Origin: Terriglobia bacterium
Lineage (GTDB): Bacteria; Acidobacteriota; Terriglobia; 2-12-FULL-54-10
Direction of reading: 5' to 3'
Length of the DNA: 64,000 nucleotides
Assembly: GCA_963666975.2 (NCBI GenBank)
Contig: CAXVYR010000004.1
Coordinates: 1,216,001-1,280,000, forward strand
Made by a program: the position numbers and the translations under genes. The notes under the pieces are model-generated. The model had not been told where the DNA came from. It saw only the letters and a program-made list of their open reading frames with translations, and did not search any database. Shown one piece after another: positions 9,697 through 20,064 of the stretch (its first letter is position 1; every line of letters starts with the position of its first letter).

Positions 9697-11631
9697 TTAT
9701 TGAGCTATGGTCGTGAGTTGCGCTATGGCGTCTTCATTAATCCATAGATCGCCGGCGGAGGCCATGTTGTCTTTGAGGTTATCTTGATAAGTTTCAAAAG
9801 TGAGTTGCCGTTTTCTTGTCAGTAACCGTTGATGGATCGCCATTGCTTGCTGTTCCAGATCCTCTTCTTTGGCCGGCTCACGAGAGGCTACCTGGTAGAA
9901 AATGTGGCCTCCTCCTGCCAGTACCGGCCCAACCACTTCTCCCACCTCCGCCTTAAACGGCTTCGGCCCCAGCTCGCTCATATTTCCGAAGGAAGGGATG
10001 GCTCCCTGCCGGGTGAGCGGCTCGGTGACCTCGACCGCCAGATCCAACGCGCGGGCAGCCTGTTTGAGATCTCTCTTCTCCAGTTGATCCAGGCGCTCAG
10101 TTAGCTGATCGGCTTTGGTCTGGGCCATTTCCCGAGATTTCACAGAAACATAATTCATCCGGACCTGTTCCTGAACCTCCTCGTATTCCCCCGAATGACC
10201 GGGAAACACGTCCAACAGGAGCGGGACCGCGTACCCGTCCGGACCCTGGATCGGCAAGGCCACCTCGCCCTTTTCCAGCGCAAAAACCTCTTCCATAAAA
10301 GACGGCGAATTCCCGATGCGGGGAAGCGTTTCACCGCGAACAAATGGAGGGGGGGCTAGAACTACTGCGCCATATTGCTCCGCCAAGGACTCGATATCCT
10401 CCGGAGCGCGCCGTAAAGCTGTGGCCGATTGCTCGGCCATCTGGAAAATCCCGGAGTTGACCTTCTCCTCAAGCAGCGCACTCTGTATCTCCACCTTCAC
10501 TTGCTCCAGCGTCCGCAGAAGGGGTTGCTCGTGCGCCATCACCTTGAGAATATGAAACCCGTAAACGGTCTCAATCAAATCACTGAGGGTTCCCGGCTCC
10601 AGGGTGAAGGCCGCATTTTCAAACTCCGGCACAGTCTGCTGCCGGACAATCCATCCCAGATCCCCGCCGTTGGGCGCGGACCCCGGGTCCTCGGAATTTT
10701 CTTCCGCCAGAGCCGCAAAATCAGCCCCTTCTTTCAATTGCTCCAGCAAACCGGAAGCTTTCTTCTGGACCTCCTCCACCTTCTCCGGGGTCTTGTCGGG
10801 AGTTCGCAGAAGGATGTGGCTCACTTGGACGCGCTCCTCGATCCGGTAATTATCCTTATTGCTATCGTAGTATTCTTGAATTTCTTCCTCAGAGACGGTT
10901 GTCGCTTCGCGCAGCTTCTGGTTTTCCACATACAGCATCTGCACGGACCTTTTTTCCGGAACCGGGTAGCTTCCCCGGGTTTCCTCGAAATAAGCTTTTA
11001 GCTCGTCTTCGCTCGTGCTGACCTCGTCCTGGAATGAAGCTGGATTCAGGAAAACATAGTCCAACAGCACTTTCTCATTTTCGTTATGGAAGGTGGCGCT
11101 GACCTCCTCCGGCGTGACGGTGAGCGAGTCGGTCACAACTTGGCGCAGCTTCTCGTTCAGCATAGCATCCCGGTAGCCCTGTTCGAACTGGGCCACGGTC
11201 ATGCCATTTGCCGCAATCATATCTTCATATTGTTGCTGGCCGACAAACTTCCCGTCGGGAAACAAATTGGGGTCCTGCTGCAACCGCGCCTGCCATTCGT
11301 CCCTGCTGACTTCCAACCCCAGCCGCCCGGCCTCCTGGATGGTGACCTTTTCCAGAATCATCCGGTTCAGAATGGAGGAGTAATAGATCGGCATTATCTC
11401 CGGAGGAATGTTGCTCTGGCGGCTGACCTGAAACAGCCTTCGCTGCAAATCCCAGGAAGTGACCTCCTCCCCGCCCACCTCCGCCACCACGGCGTTGGGA
11501 ATGGCGCCCGTAGTGGAGGTGTCCATAATGCCGGGGATCAACGTGATGACCATGGCGACGGCAATCAACACCAGAATCGACCCCACCACGAAGCGGGTGA
11601 CTATGTCCTTGCGCCGAAAGATATTGAGCAT
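9697..11631 (-). CDS. ppiD: PpiD-like membrane-anchored parvulin peptidyl-prolyl isomerase/chaperone
   Basis: N-terminal TM, SurA-N domain, VSHIL...FAALAEENSEDPGSAPNGGDLG...YGFHIL. Confidence 0.88.
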   Translation of the reverse strand: MLNIFRRKDIVTRFVVGSILVLIAVAMVITLIPGIMDTSTTGAIPNAVVAEVGGEEVTSWDLQRRLFQVSRQSNIPPEIMPIYYSSILNRMILEKVTIQEAGRLGLEVSRDEWQARLQQDPNLFPDGKFVGQQQYEDMIAANGMTVAQFEQGYRDAMLNEKLRQVVTDSLTVTPEEVSATFHNENEKVLLDYVFLNPASFQDEVSTSEDELKAYFEETRGSYPVPEKRSVQMLYVENQKLREATTVSEEEIQEYYDSNKDNYRIEERVQVSHILLRTPDKTPEKVEEVQKKASGLLEQLKEGADFAALAEENSEDPGSAPNGGDLGWIVRQQTVPEFENAAFTLEPGTLSDLIETVYGFHILKVMAHEQPLLRTLEQVKVEIQSALLEEKVNSGIFQMAEQSATALRRAPEDIESLAEQYGAVVLAPPPFVRGETLPRIGNSPSFMEEVFALEKGEVALPIQGPDGYAVPLLLDVFPGHSGEYEEVQEQVRMNYVSVKSREMAQTKADQLTERLDQLEKRDLKQAARALDLAVEVTEPLTRQGAIPSFGNMSELGPKPFKAEVGEVVGPVLAGGGHIFYQVASREPAKEEDLEQQAMAIHQRLLTRKRQLTFETYQDNLKDNMASAGDLWINEDAIAQLTTIAQ

Positions 11632-11844
11632 CGCTATACCTTTTCTGTGTGCCTTTTTCTTTTATGGAACCGGGCTCATTCGCTTTGACGACCCCACATG
11701 CATTGTCTGTTGGCTCCGCGCTGATCGCGGATGGCGCCCTCTTGCCTGTGGAGAGAATATCACCCTGAAATATTATAACCCCTTCCGCTACCCGCCGCCA
11801 ATTCTGATCCGCCCATCCTCTCCAGTGGGATGGAATTCTTCCCG

Positions 11845-11888
11845 GTTACTACGATGTTACTGCGATGTTACTGCGATGTTACTGCGAT
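11845..11888. repeat. 11-bp tandem repeat x4 (GTTACTGCGAT) overlapping the HAD stop codon
   Basis: Three exact copies plus one with a single mismatch, read directly. Confidence 0.95.
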
Positions 11889-12499
11889 TCGACCTCCACG
11901 CCGTTGCGCAGAAGCTCATTCCGCAACTGTGCGGTGTTCTGATAGTGGATTGTGCGCATGCCTAAAAGTTGCGCACACTCCAGGTTGAGTGGGCGGTCAT
12001 CAATCAACAGGCTCTCCTCCGGAGGACGCTGCGTAATCTGCAATGCCCGGCGATAGATGGCGCAATCCGGCTTTCTCACGCCTAGAAAACAAGAACTGAA
12101 AAAGGCGCTGAAGTATTTGCGCAGGCGGAAGTGCTCGATGCGATACAGGTTCAACTCCAGCGACTCGTTATTCAGCGTGGCCATCCGGTACTTCCCGGAA
12201 CCGGCCAGCCGCTCCACAATGGCCAGCGTATCCGGTCGGGGCTGAGATTGAGCGAACAGGAAGGCTTTGAATTCGTCCCTGGAAAAAGGCCGCGCCCGGC
12301 AGAATATGGTCCGGTCCAGATATTGTTCCAGCGTGAGACGGCCCGTCTCAAAGTCCGCGCTGAGCATTTCGTGCCTGTTCTGGAAGTCTTCCCAGTCCAG
12401 ATGAAACCGCTCGGCGGCACGGTGGCGACCCTCGCGGTCCCAGCCGTTGGTCAGCATCACACCGCCCACATCCCAAAAGAGCGCACTAATTTCAGCCAT
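11879..12499 (-). CDS. HAD-superfamily phosphatase
   Basis: FWDVGGV motif I, TLNNE, RKPD, IDDR; start overlaps the pgi stop. Confidence 0.9.
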   Translation of the reverse strand: MAEISALFWDVGGVMLTNGWDREGRHRAAERFHLDWEDFQNRHEMLSADFETGRLTLEQYLDRTIFCRARPFSRDEFKAFLFAQSQPRPDTLAIVERLAGSGKYRMATLNNESLELNLYRIEHFRLRKYFSAFFSSCFLGVRKPDCAIYRRALQITQRPPEESLLIDDRPLNLECAQLLGMRTIHYQNTAQLRNELLRNGVEVESQ

Positions 12500-14261
12500 C
12501 GAGCGCCGCCAGGAGCCCTCTGAGTCCAGCCGGAACGTTGTTCCCCAAGCTAACTTGCAACACGCGGCGGCCTCGCTGCCGCAAGGCCTGGAAGTCTCCC
12601 AGAGCCTGGGCACGGATGAGCGCGCCGAAGGAGTAGGTCGTTTCCGGCACGGGCAGATCAGAGGCCGGTTCGTCCACCAGTTGCAGAAAAAGGCCTGTAT
12701 TCGGCCCGCCCTTGTGAAGCTGGCCTGTGGAGTGCAGAAAACGGGGCCCGAACCCCACCGTGGTCGCCAGATGCAGGCGATCCCGGAGCCTCACGCGAAG
12801 CTTTTGCAGGACGGCGGCCGTTCCCGCCGCAGGAGCCACGTAGGCATGAATGGCAAGGTAGTCGCCCGATTGAGCTTCCTTCAACCAGGACCCCAGCGCC
12901 TCTTTGATCTCCTCGCCGCGCTCCACCGACAGTTCCCTGACTCGTTCATCCCCCAATCCCTTGGCTCGTCCGCTTTTCGCGGCCATGGCCTCGCGGGCCA
13001 ATTCCTTGGCCAACTGCACATCGGGCTGGTTGAAGGGGTGGATTCCCAAAACCGCGCCTGCTGCCGCAACCGCCACCTCCCATCGGAAAAACTCCTGACC
13101 CAGATCTTCTTTTTCCGATAAATTGATGCGGACCACGGGATGGCCGGCAGCCTCCAACGCAGCAGTTCGAGTCTCCAGCGCCGCGTTCTCCTCCCCCCGC
13201 ATACACAGGCGGACGAAGAGGCGGTCCGTTCCGTACGTTTCCGGCGCACCAAGCGGTTCACCGACTACCGGGATGATTCCCTTGCCGTCTTTGCCGGTGC
13301 TTTCCGCGACGAGCTGTTCGATCCAGTGGGGCAAGGCATCGAGCGAGGGAGATGCCAGCAAGGTCAGCTTGTCTTGTCCGCCGCGAGCCGCTTCCCCCAA
13401 AGCGGCGCCCAGCGCCAGTCCTGGATTCTCCGCCAGTCCTGATTTCTCCGCTAGTGCTGAATTCTCATGGGCAGGCGGTGACGAGCACGCACCGGCCATT
13501 TGCCCGGCCCGTTCCAGCAATCGGCGCACATCAACCCCTACGAGCGCCGCCGGGACGAGACCAAAAACAGTAAGAGCCGAATAGCGTCCCCCGACATCCT
13601 CCGGCGCGGAAAAGACCCGCCGAAAGCTCCGCTCGCTTGCCAGCTTCTCCAGAGGCGTTCCCGGGTCGGTGATGGCGACGAAGTGCCTGCCCGGCGCGCC
13701 TGTCTTTTCTCCCGACCCTGTTTGGCTCAACCGTTGCCAGAAGTAATGAAAGAAGGAGAGAGTCTCGGTAGTCGTGCCCGACTTGCTGGAAACCAGAAAC
13801 AGTGTGTGGGGAAGATCGACCGCGGCCTCGACCGCACGAACCGACTCCGGGTGCGTGCTGTCCAGCACCCTCAGCTCCGGATACCCGCGAGCATTTCCAA
13901 AAGTTCGCTGGAACACCTCCGGAGCCAGGCTCGATCCGCCCATTCCGAGCAGCACTACATGGCTTATACCTTCAGCCTTTGCGCTCTCTGTCAAGGCCGC
14001 AATGTCGTCCAACTGTCCGCGCATGGTCTCCGGCAGGGCAAGCCAGCCCAGCCTGTCGGCGAGCTCCGGGGCAGGCTGCGGTGACCAGAGAGTGTGGTCC
14101 TTCTTCCAGAGCCGCAAGGCAAACTTCTCCGCCTGCCAGCGTTGCAAGATTGCCTCCACGCCGGGTTGCAGTTTCCCCAGGCTGAAGCTCTGGCTGGACG
14201 CGCTGCTTTGGGGGGTGGCCATGCTTTTCTCCTCCAGTTCGGACTCAGTCGGTATGCTCAT
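12492..14261 (-). CDS. pgi: Glucose-6-phosphate isomerase (PGI half of the Tal/Pgi type)
   Basis: GMGGSSL, SKSGTTTET, VGGRYSAL, EQLVAESTGK, PFNQPDV, HSTGQLHKGG. Confidence 0.9.
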   Translation of the reverse strand: MSIPTESELEEKSMATPQSSASSQSFSLGKLQPGVEAILQRWQAEKFALRLWKKDHTLWSPQPAPELADRLGWLALPETMRGQLDDIAALTESAKAEGISHVVLLGMGGSSLAPEVFQRTFGNARGYPELRVLDSTHPESVRAVEAAVDLPHTLFLVSSKSGTTTETLSFFHYFWQRLSQTGSGEKTGAPGRHFVAITDPGTPLEKLASERSFRRVFSAPEDVGGRYSALTVFGLVPAALVGVDVRRLLERAGQMAGACSSPPAHENSALAEKSGLAENPGLALGAALGEAARGGQDKLTLLASPSLDALPHWIEQLVAESTGKDGKGIIPVVGEPLGAPETYGTDRLFVRLCMRGEENAALETRTAALEAAGHPVVRINLSEKEDLGQEFFRWEVAVAAAGAVLGIHPFNQPDVQLAKELAREAMAAKSGRAKGLGDERVRELSVERGEEIKEALGSWLKEAQSGDYLAIHAYVAPAAGTAAVLQKLRVRLRDRLHLATTVGFGPRFLHSTGQLHKGGPNTGLFLQLVDEPASDLPVPETTYSFGALIRAQALGDFQALRQRGRRVLQVSLGNNVPAGLRGLLAALDG

Positions 14262-14432
14262 AGTCTACCTCGCGAACCGCGCCCGTGCCTACCCGGAGTC
14301 TTACGCTCTGAACAATGCGGAACCCAGCGACAGAATCGACGCCACTCCGGACCGTCCTCAACAATTCCCTGCATTTGCTCCTTGCATTTGCAACCGAAGC
14401 AGGGTAGAAATTGCGAACAAGGAGATGCACGA

Positions 14433-14975
14433 ATGAAGCAGACACTTTACTGGGAGACGTTCGACTCGCCGCTCGGAAAGATCATGGTTTGCTGCTCCGG
14501 CCAGGGACTGCGCGAGCTGTCGCTGGGCTCCCGGCAGAAACTGCGAGGCCGCCGGAATGGCGCGCACCGCCTGGCTGGAAGTGCCGAGGAGCAGCGGCTC
14601 CGCGCCAGCCGTTTCAATAAAGAAAATGGGGCACTCCTCGCTCGCCGCGCCGTCGCCGAACTGAAGGAGTATGCGGCTGGACGCCGGAAACGGTTTACAG
14701 TGCCTCTGGACCTCCAGGGCACCCCCTTCCAGATGAAGGTCTGGCGGGCTCTGCTTAAGATTCCTTACGGGAAGACGCGCTCCTATCAGCAGATCGCCAG
14801 AGCGGCGGGCAATCCCCGTGCTTCCCGCGCCGTCGGCATGGCAAACCACTACAACCCGGTGGCGATCATCGTTCCCTGTCATCGCGTCATCGCCAGCGAT
14901 GGGTCGCTGGGAGGCTATGCCGGAGGTTTGAAAAGGAAAATGCGGATATTGCGGTTGGAACGGGCGGGTTCGTAG
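14433..14975 (+). CDS. ogt: Methylated-DNA-protein-cysteine methyltransferase
   Basis: GTPFQ..VW, IPYG, RAVG, active-site PCHRV; AGGAG SD. Confidence 0.93.
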   Translation: MKQTLYWETFDSPLGKIMVCCSGQGLRELSLGSRQKLRGRRNGAHRLAGSAEEQRLRASRFNKENGALLARRAVAELKEYAAGRRKRFTVPLDLQGTPFQMKVWRALLKIPYGKTRSYQQIARAAGNPRASRAVGMANHYNPVAIIVPCHRVIASDGSLGGYAGGLKRKMRILRLERAGS

Positions 14976-15139
14976 CGCCCCGCCGCCAGGAACAACAGGA
15001 GGGTCGGTACATAGTTCAGTCCTGGTTCAGTCCTTCCTGCCCTGCTCGGAATGCAGCGCGGGAAACAAACCACCTGAAGTCGCTGGCGGGGCCAAAACGA
15101 GCCGCCAAGCCACTCCAAAACAGGCCTTTTCGATTCTAC

Positions 15140-15206
15140 TTGACACCGGGGGGGGGCTGGAGCATATTTTTTGGCGAAGGGAAAGGTCAATATCGGAAAT
15201 TCCGAT
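15140..15206 (+). promoter_or_regulatory. Putative sigma70 promoter with a G9 spacer tract, followed by a palindromic operator
   Basis: TTGACA (15140-45), 17-bp spacer containing nine G, CATATT (15163-68); ATCGGAA-A-TTCCGAT at 15192-15206. Confidence 0.5.
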
Positions 15207-15377
15207 CAAGAGGAAGAATGGTGTTCACAAAGACTCATCGCAAGAGCTTCTGAAGCCAATTCTTTTTGTTTCTGCCCTTGACTGGAGAGGGCTATCCCGC
15301 AGCACAAGGCGCACCAAAAGTCTTTTAACTCTCATTAATTAGAACGGTTTCAATAAGTTATCTGGAGGGGCGGAAGC

Positions 15378-17270
15378 ATGAAAAGAAAAGGGACCTATAC
15401 ATTGCTGCTATTAGGTGGGCTGTTGTGGTGGAGCAGTTTGCTGTGGGCTCAACAACAAACACCGGACACCATCCTGTACAACGGAAAGCTGGTAACGGTG
15501 AATGACCACGGGATCAATGGGAACTTGGGCACAATTGCCGAAGCTATTGCGATTCGAGGGGATTCGATTCTGGCCGTTGGTAGCAATGCGCAGATTCGCG
15601 CCCTGGCCGGTTCGAACACGAAGAGTATTGACTTGAGGGGCCGGATGGTAATCCCAGGCCTGGCGATCACCCATGATCATCCGCAAGATTGGGACCCGCT
15701 AAATCCGTACATCGTCCGAAAGGTGGTAAATGACGATATACATATTGAGCGGTTCTTGTGGGAAGAACCGCCGGAGCAGCAGGTGCTAATGCTACCGCGA
15801 TTGTTGGAGGAATCAGTCAGGGCAGCTAAGCCCGGGCAATGGATTCGGATCAGCATGCTGTATGGAAAACAATACAAGGGACGAGAGGTAATTCAAGGGT
15901 CCTTTGGAAGACAGCTCACCAAGCAGATGCTGGACTTGATCGCTCCGAATAACCCGGTACTGATTCGCGCCGGTTTCGTGGGGACACTGGTGAATCAAAA
16001 GGCCATCGAGGTGGTCTACGACTACTGGAGAGAATGGGGGATAACAGAAGAGAGCCACTTGGCAAGTCTACTTGGAGGAGACCCGCAAACAGGAGTCGGC
16101 AGTACGAATTACCGCAAAATCGAGCGGAATATACTATATTCCCCGGACGTATTGAAGGAGATTCTCCGTCTGGGCGGATCCTGGTGGGCAGGTTACGGAA
16201 TCACGCTGAATTCCACGGCCATGTATACAGGAGGTGCGCTGACTGCGTATAACGAACTTGACCAAAAGGGACAATTAGAGATCCGAATCCCCTGGACGTG
16301 GAGAGTTACGGAGGGAAGCCTGCCCGATCAACCTATGACGTCGAATACCTACAATCTCCTTCTTGTGAACGCGATGATGGGCAAAGGGTCTGATCACCTG
16401 TGGCTCGCAGGGGGTTGGCCGCCTGGAGTGGGAAGCAGATGTATTTCAGTGCCGGGAATTACTCCAGAAGCGCAACAGTTTGTTAAGGATACTCCTTGTG
16501 AGCTGGATCCGGTCACGGGAACGCGGAACAGGCAGGCATTGTACAACTATATAAGGGCCGGGGGAAGATTGACTGGTGCTCACACAGATGGCGACAAAAA
16601 CATGGATTACTTGTTGGAAATCGTTGAGCGGGCAAGTAAAGATGCCGGGATGACGCTGGATCAGATTCGGGCCAAACGGCATACGTGGGACCATCTGGCG
16701 TATAACCCACGTCCGGACCAGATTCCGCAGATTAAGAATCTCGGGTTCATGTTAGGTGGCTGGGACATGTATGTATGGGAAGGAAGAGCGCACCAGGTAC
16801 TGCTGGATTTCGGCGAAGAGGCAGCTCAATGGGTGGTTCCGCGGAAAAATTTGCTCGAGGCTGGTGTGAGGCAAAGCGTTGAAATCGATCGGCCTCTTGG
16901 ATACACAGACTTGACCTTTTTCACTGTTCTCTATGCGGGCATTACCCGAAAGGATCAGGAGGGAAGAGTGAATGCTCCTCAGCAGGCTGTCAGTCGGGAG
17001 GTCATGCTAAAATCGGCCACCCTGAATGGAGCCTATTACATGCTGCGGGAAGAAAAGTTGGGATCGCTGGAACCAGGAAAGCTTGCTGACCTGGCTGTCT
17101 TGGATAGGGATTATCTGACCATTCCGGTGGATGACATTCCAAACATCCGAGTATTGATGACTATGCTTGGAGGCAAGGTAGTGCACTTGGTCCCGTCGCT
17201 GGCCCGGGAAACCGGGATGCAACCCGCTGGATCCCAGGTTACCTTGGGTGGCCCGGCTGCACAATGGTAG
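15378..17270 (+). CDS. Exported amidohydrolase-3 (YtcJ-like) family protein
   Basis: Signal peptide, IDLRGRMVIPGL..THDH, C-terminal GSLEPGKLADLAVLDRD. Confidence 0.85.
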   Translation: MKRKGTYTLLLLGGLLWWSSLLWAQQQTPDTILYNGKLVTVNDHGINGNLGTIAEAIAIRGDSILAVGSNAQIRALAGSNTKSIDLRGRMVIPGLAITHDHPQDWDPLNPYIVRKVVNDDIHIERFLWEEPPEQQVLMLPRLLEESVRAAKPGQWIRISMLYGKQYKGREVIQGSFGRQLTKQMLDLIAPNNPVLIRAGFVGTLVNQKAIEVVYDYWREWGITEESHLASLLGGDPQTGVGSTNYRKIERNILYSPDVLKEILRLGGSWWAGYGITLNSTAMYTGGALTAYNELDQKGQLEIRIPWTWRVTEGSLPDQPMTSNTYNLLLVNAMMGKGSDHLWLAGGWPPGVGSRCISVPGITPEAQQFVKDTPCELDPVTGTRNRQALYNYIRAGGRLTGAHTDGDKNMDYLLEIVERASKDAGMTLDQIRAKRHTWDHLAYNPRPDQIPQIKNLGFMLGGWDMYVWEGRAHQVLLDFGEEAAQWVVPRKNLLEAGVRQSVEIDRPLGYTDLTFFTVLYAGITRKDQEGRVNAPQQAVSREVMLKSATLNGAYYMLREEKLGSLEPGKLADLAVLDRDYLTIPVDDIPNIRVLMTMLGGKVVHLVPSLARETGMQPAGSQVTLGGPAAQW

Positions 17271-17505
17271 TTTGCCATTAAACTGTTCCTCACGTAACGT
17301 TCCCTTTTGACGCGAATTCCGGCCTCGCGGAGGAGAATCTCCGCCACTTCGCCCCTCTTTTCCCCCCAGGCTCCCATGTTCTCTAACGGTCTCCTAAGCC
17401 ACCTGTTACTCCAGGTTTGATGCTGATAGGATTGGAAAATTACTGGATTGCAGTGGCCGGTCGTCAACCTCGATTTTCAGTTTTGTAATTGAAAGGGGCC
17501 AGATC

Positions 17506-19363
17506 ATGCGAAAGCTAACGGTAGCCTCTCTGTTCGTCGCTGCTGGGGTTCTTCTCCTCACGCTACTCATGAGGCCCAATTCGGGATTCACCCAAGGACC
17601 GGCGCAGGATCTACTAACGGTGATCGAGGGAGCCACTTTGATCGACGGCGTAATATGACGGCACGGGCGCGTCCCCTCTTGCGGATTCCGTGGTGGTGAT
17701 TGCGGGCGACAGGATTCAAGCTGTGGGCGAAAGAGGCTCTGTGCCATACCCGCAAGGGGCCAAGATTATCGATGCTCGGGGCGAATATGTGCTGCCCGGC
17801 TTGATCGACGGCCATGTGCACGGAATGGAATGGGCTCTGGAACTGCTCCTGGCACATGGGGTAACGACGATCATCGAGCCGGGGGGAGGCAGTGAATGGT
17901 CCTTGGCCCTGAGAGATGGCATTGCGAAGGGAAGAATCCGAGGACCTAGAATTTTTTCTGGCGCTGGACTCATCCGCGGACCTGTCAATCCCGATGATCC
18001 GTTCTTCCATCTAGACGATCCATACTACTTCAAGGAAAACCCGAACTCCACCACGCCTCAAAGCAAGGTCCCCAGCGTTGAGGAAGCAATGCAAATTGTC
18101 GAGAGAGGGGCGAGGCTTGGCCTGAAATGGATCAAGGTATACGACGGCGCCACTCCAATGATAAAAGCTATTTTCGGAGTCGCAGACCGTCATGGGATGC
18201 GAAAAATTGGCCACACAAGAAATGCTCGCGAGGCCGTCGCCTTTGGGTACGATATGATCGTTCACACCAAGGGCATTGCCCGAGGAACCATCAAGGATCC
18301 GGAGGTGCTTCGCCGTGTCGACAATGCGGCTGATCTCAATGCCTATATGGACTTCCAAGAGGCAGACCGGCTGATTGCGGATATGGTTGCAGATGGAATC
18401 TTTCTAAATCCTACCCTGAGATCGGAGTGGGGCTGGGCCTGGAAAGAGAAGTTCCAGAAGGAAGACTTTGACCTATTGTTCAACAATCCAGGGCTCACCT
18501 ATATCCCACTGGGTATTCGTATGTCCATTGTGAATGAGTACAATCAGTTGTCCATCTATTGGGCGCGGAGTTACAAGCCATTCGCGGAATTCTCCCCTTC
18601 CGAGCAGGAGATGAAGCGGAAAGCTCTCAAAAACATCCTCGAATTTGTTAAGAGATTTGTTGACGCGGGGGGTAAGATCGTTTCGGGAACCGATACATTA
18701 TCCACGTATGGCTTAAGTCTGCACCAGGAACTTCAGATACTAGTCGAGGAGGTTGGTTTGTCGCCCATGCAGGCGATCTTGACTGTTACTAAGTATCCTG
18801 TGGAGTTTTTGCGCGTGGAGGATCGGCTTGGATCAATCGAGACGGGCAAGCTGGCCGACCTGCTCATTGTTGAGGACAATCCGTTGCAAGATATCCGAAA
18901 CTTGCGCAAGGTAAAGATGGTTTTTAAGGAAGGCAAGGTCATGGATATCAGTTACCATCCGGACTACGTCATCCCTTTTCCTGCTACCAGGCCGATGCTG
19001 AGCTCGAGCCATAGCTTTCCCATGCCATTGATCAAAAGCCTCTCTCCCGAAGTTGTAACGGAAGGTGGCGGCCCGCTGGAACTGACTATCAATGGAACGG
19101 GGTTGATCCCTCAGTCGGTCGTACACTTTAAGGGCGTGCCGGTGCCCACCCAGTTTATTAACCAGTTTATTAACCTGTTTCAACTGAAAGCGAGGATTCC
19201 CGCAGATTTGCTGGAAAAGGGAGGGGTCTTCCCGGTGGAAGTCGTCAACCCGTCGCCTGCCGGAAGTACCACCCATGCCGTTGGGGCGGAAGAGATCCGG
19301 CTCCTTGGTTTGTTACGAGGAGAGAAATCGAATGAGCTCGGGTTAATTGTGAAATTCAATTAA
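17506..19363 (+). pseudogene. Exported amidohydrolase with C-terminal IPT/TIG-like domain, frameshifted by a 13-bp insertion
   Basis: ORF from ATG 17506 (signal peptide, IEGATLIDG) stops at 17656-58. Removing 13 bp joins it to TGASPLADSVVVIAGDRI...LPGLIDGHVH...GSIETGKLADL. Confidence 0.8.
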
Positions 19364-19428
19364 GAGCACCCCCGCCCGAACCATGTGTTTGAGGTAGTCC
19401 GCTTCTGGGAACACTGTCGCGAGCGGAG

Positions 19429-19580
19429 CTAGAACATTTCTCCCGATAGTGTATAGGAGGAATGTAGCACCGCCATCCCCTCGGCTGGCTCGGGGCAAGC
19501 TCTGGCGGCCCAATGGGCCAGCGAGGACGCTGGCGCTACGTGGCTGCCGAAACTCTACACCTACGGGAGAAATGCCCTAG
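19429..19580. mobile_element. 152-bp MITE with IS630-like terminal inverted repeats and internal REP-like hairpins
   Basis: Left end CTAGAACATTTCTCCCGATAGTGTA vs reverse complement of right end CTAGGGCATTTCTCCCGTAGGTGTA (20/25); left end matches the IS630 end at 23200 (21/25). Confidence 0.75.
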
Positions 19581-19830
19581 CTCCTGAAAGGTTCTCCGCC
19601 AAGAACGGCTATTCCCGCCAACTGTCGGCAGCGGTCCAGCCACCGTTGAACTCGCCTGTCAAATGGTCGAGGATCGCCGCAGAAGCAATTCTATGAAACA
19701 TGCAGGGTTTACCTCAGATTTGGCAGATCGGTCCTGCCTAGTCTCCTAGCGTTTACCTATCCGGCGGGCAGGATTAGTAAATATAACGCCGTTACTCAAG
19801 ATCTATCCTGGCGACTGCCGTCCTCCCCAC

Positions 19831-19858
19831 ACTTCCCACAACGCGACTTATGGGGAGT
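19831..19858 (+). other. dif-like (11-6-11) tyrosine recombinase site
   Basis: ACTTCCCACAA-CGCGAC-TTATGGGGAGT; arms are near-inverted repeats. Confidence 0.45.
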
Positions 19859-20064
19859 AATCCGGGACTTGTCCGCCTCGACCGCACTCGGCGTCCGGCT
19901 ATAAGCCCAGTAAACCCTGTCTCCAATTGCTTTCCCGTCTCACCTCATGTAACCTTTCCCAATAATCTCAATTTGACGGGGTTAAAACGTGCCCATATCC
20001 CCAAGTGCCCGTCTTGGCTCATACGAGGTCCTCAGCCCGCTAGGTGCGGGTTGGATACAGTACC

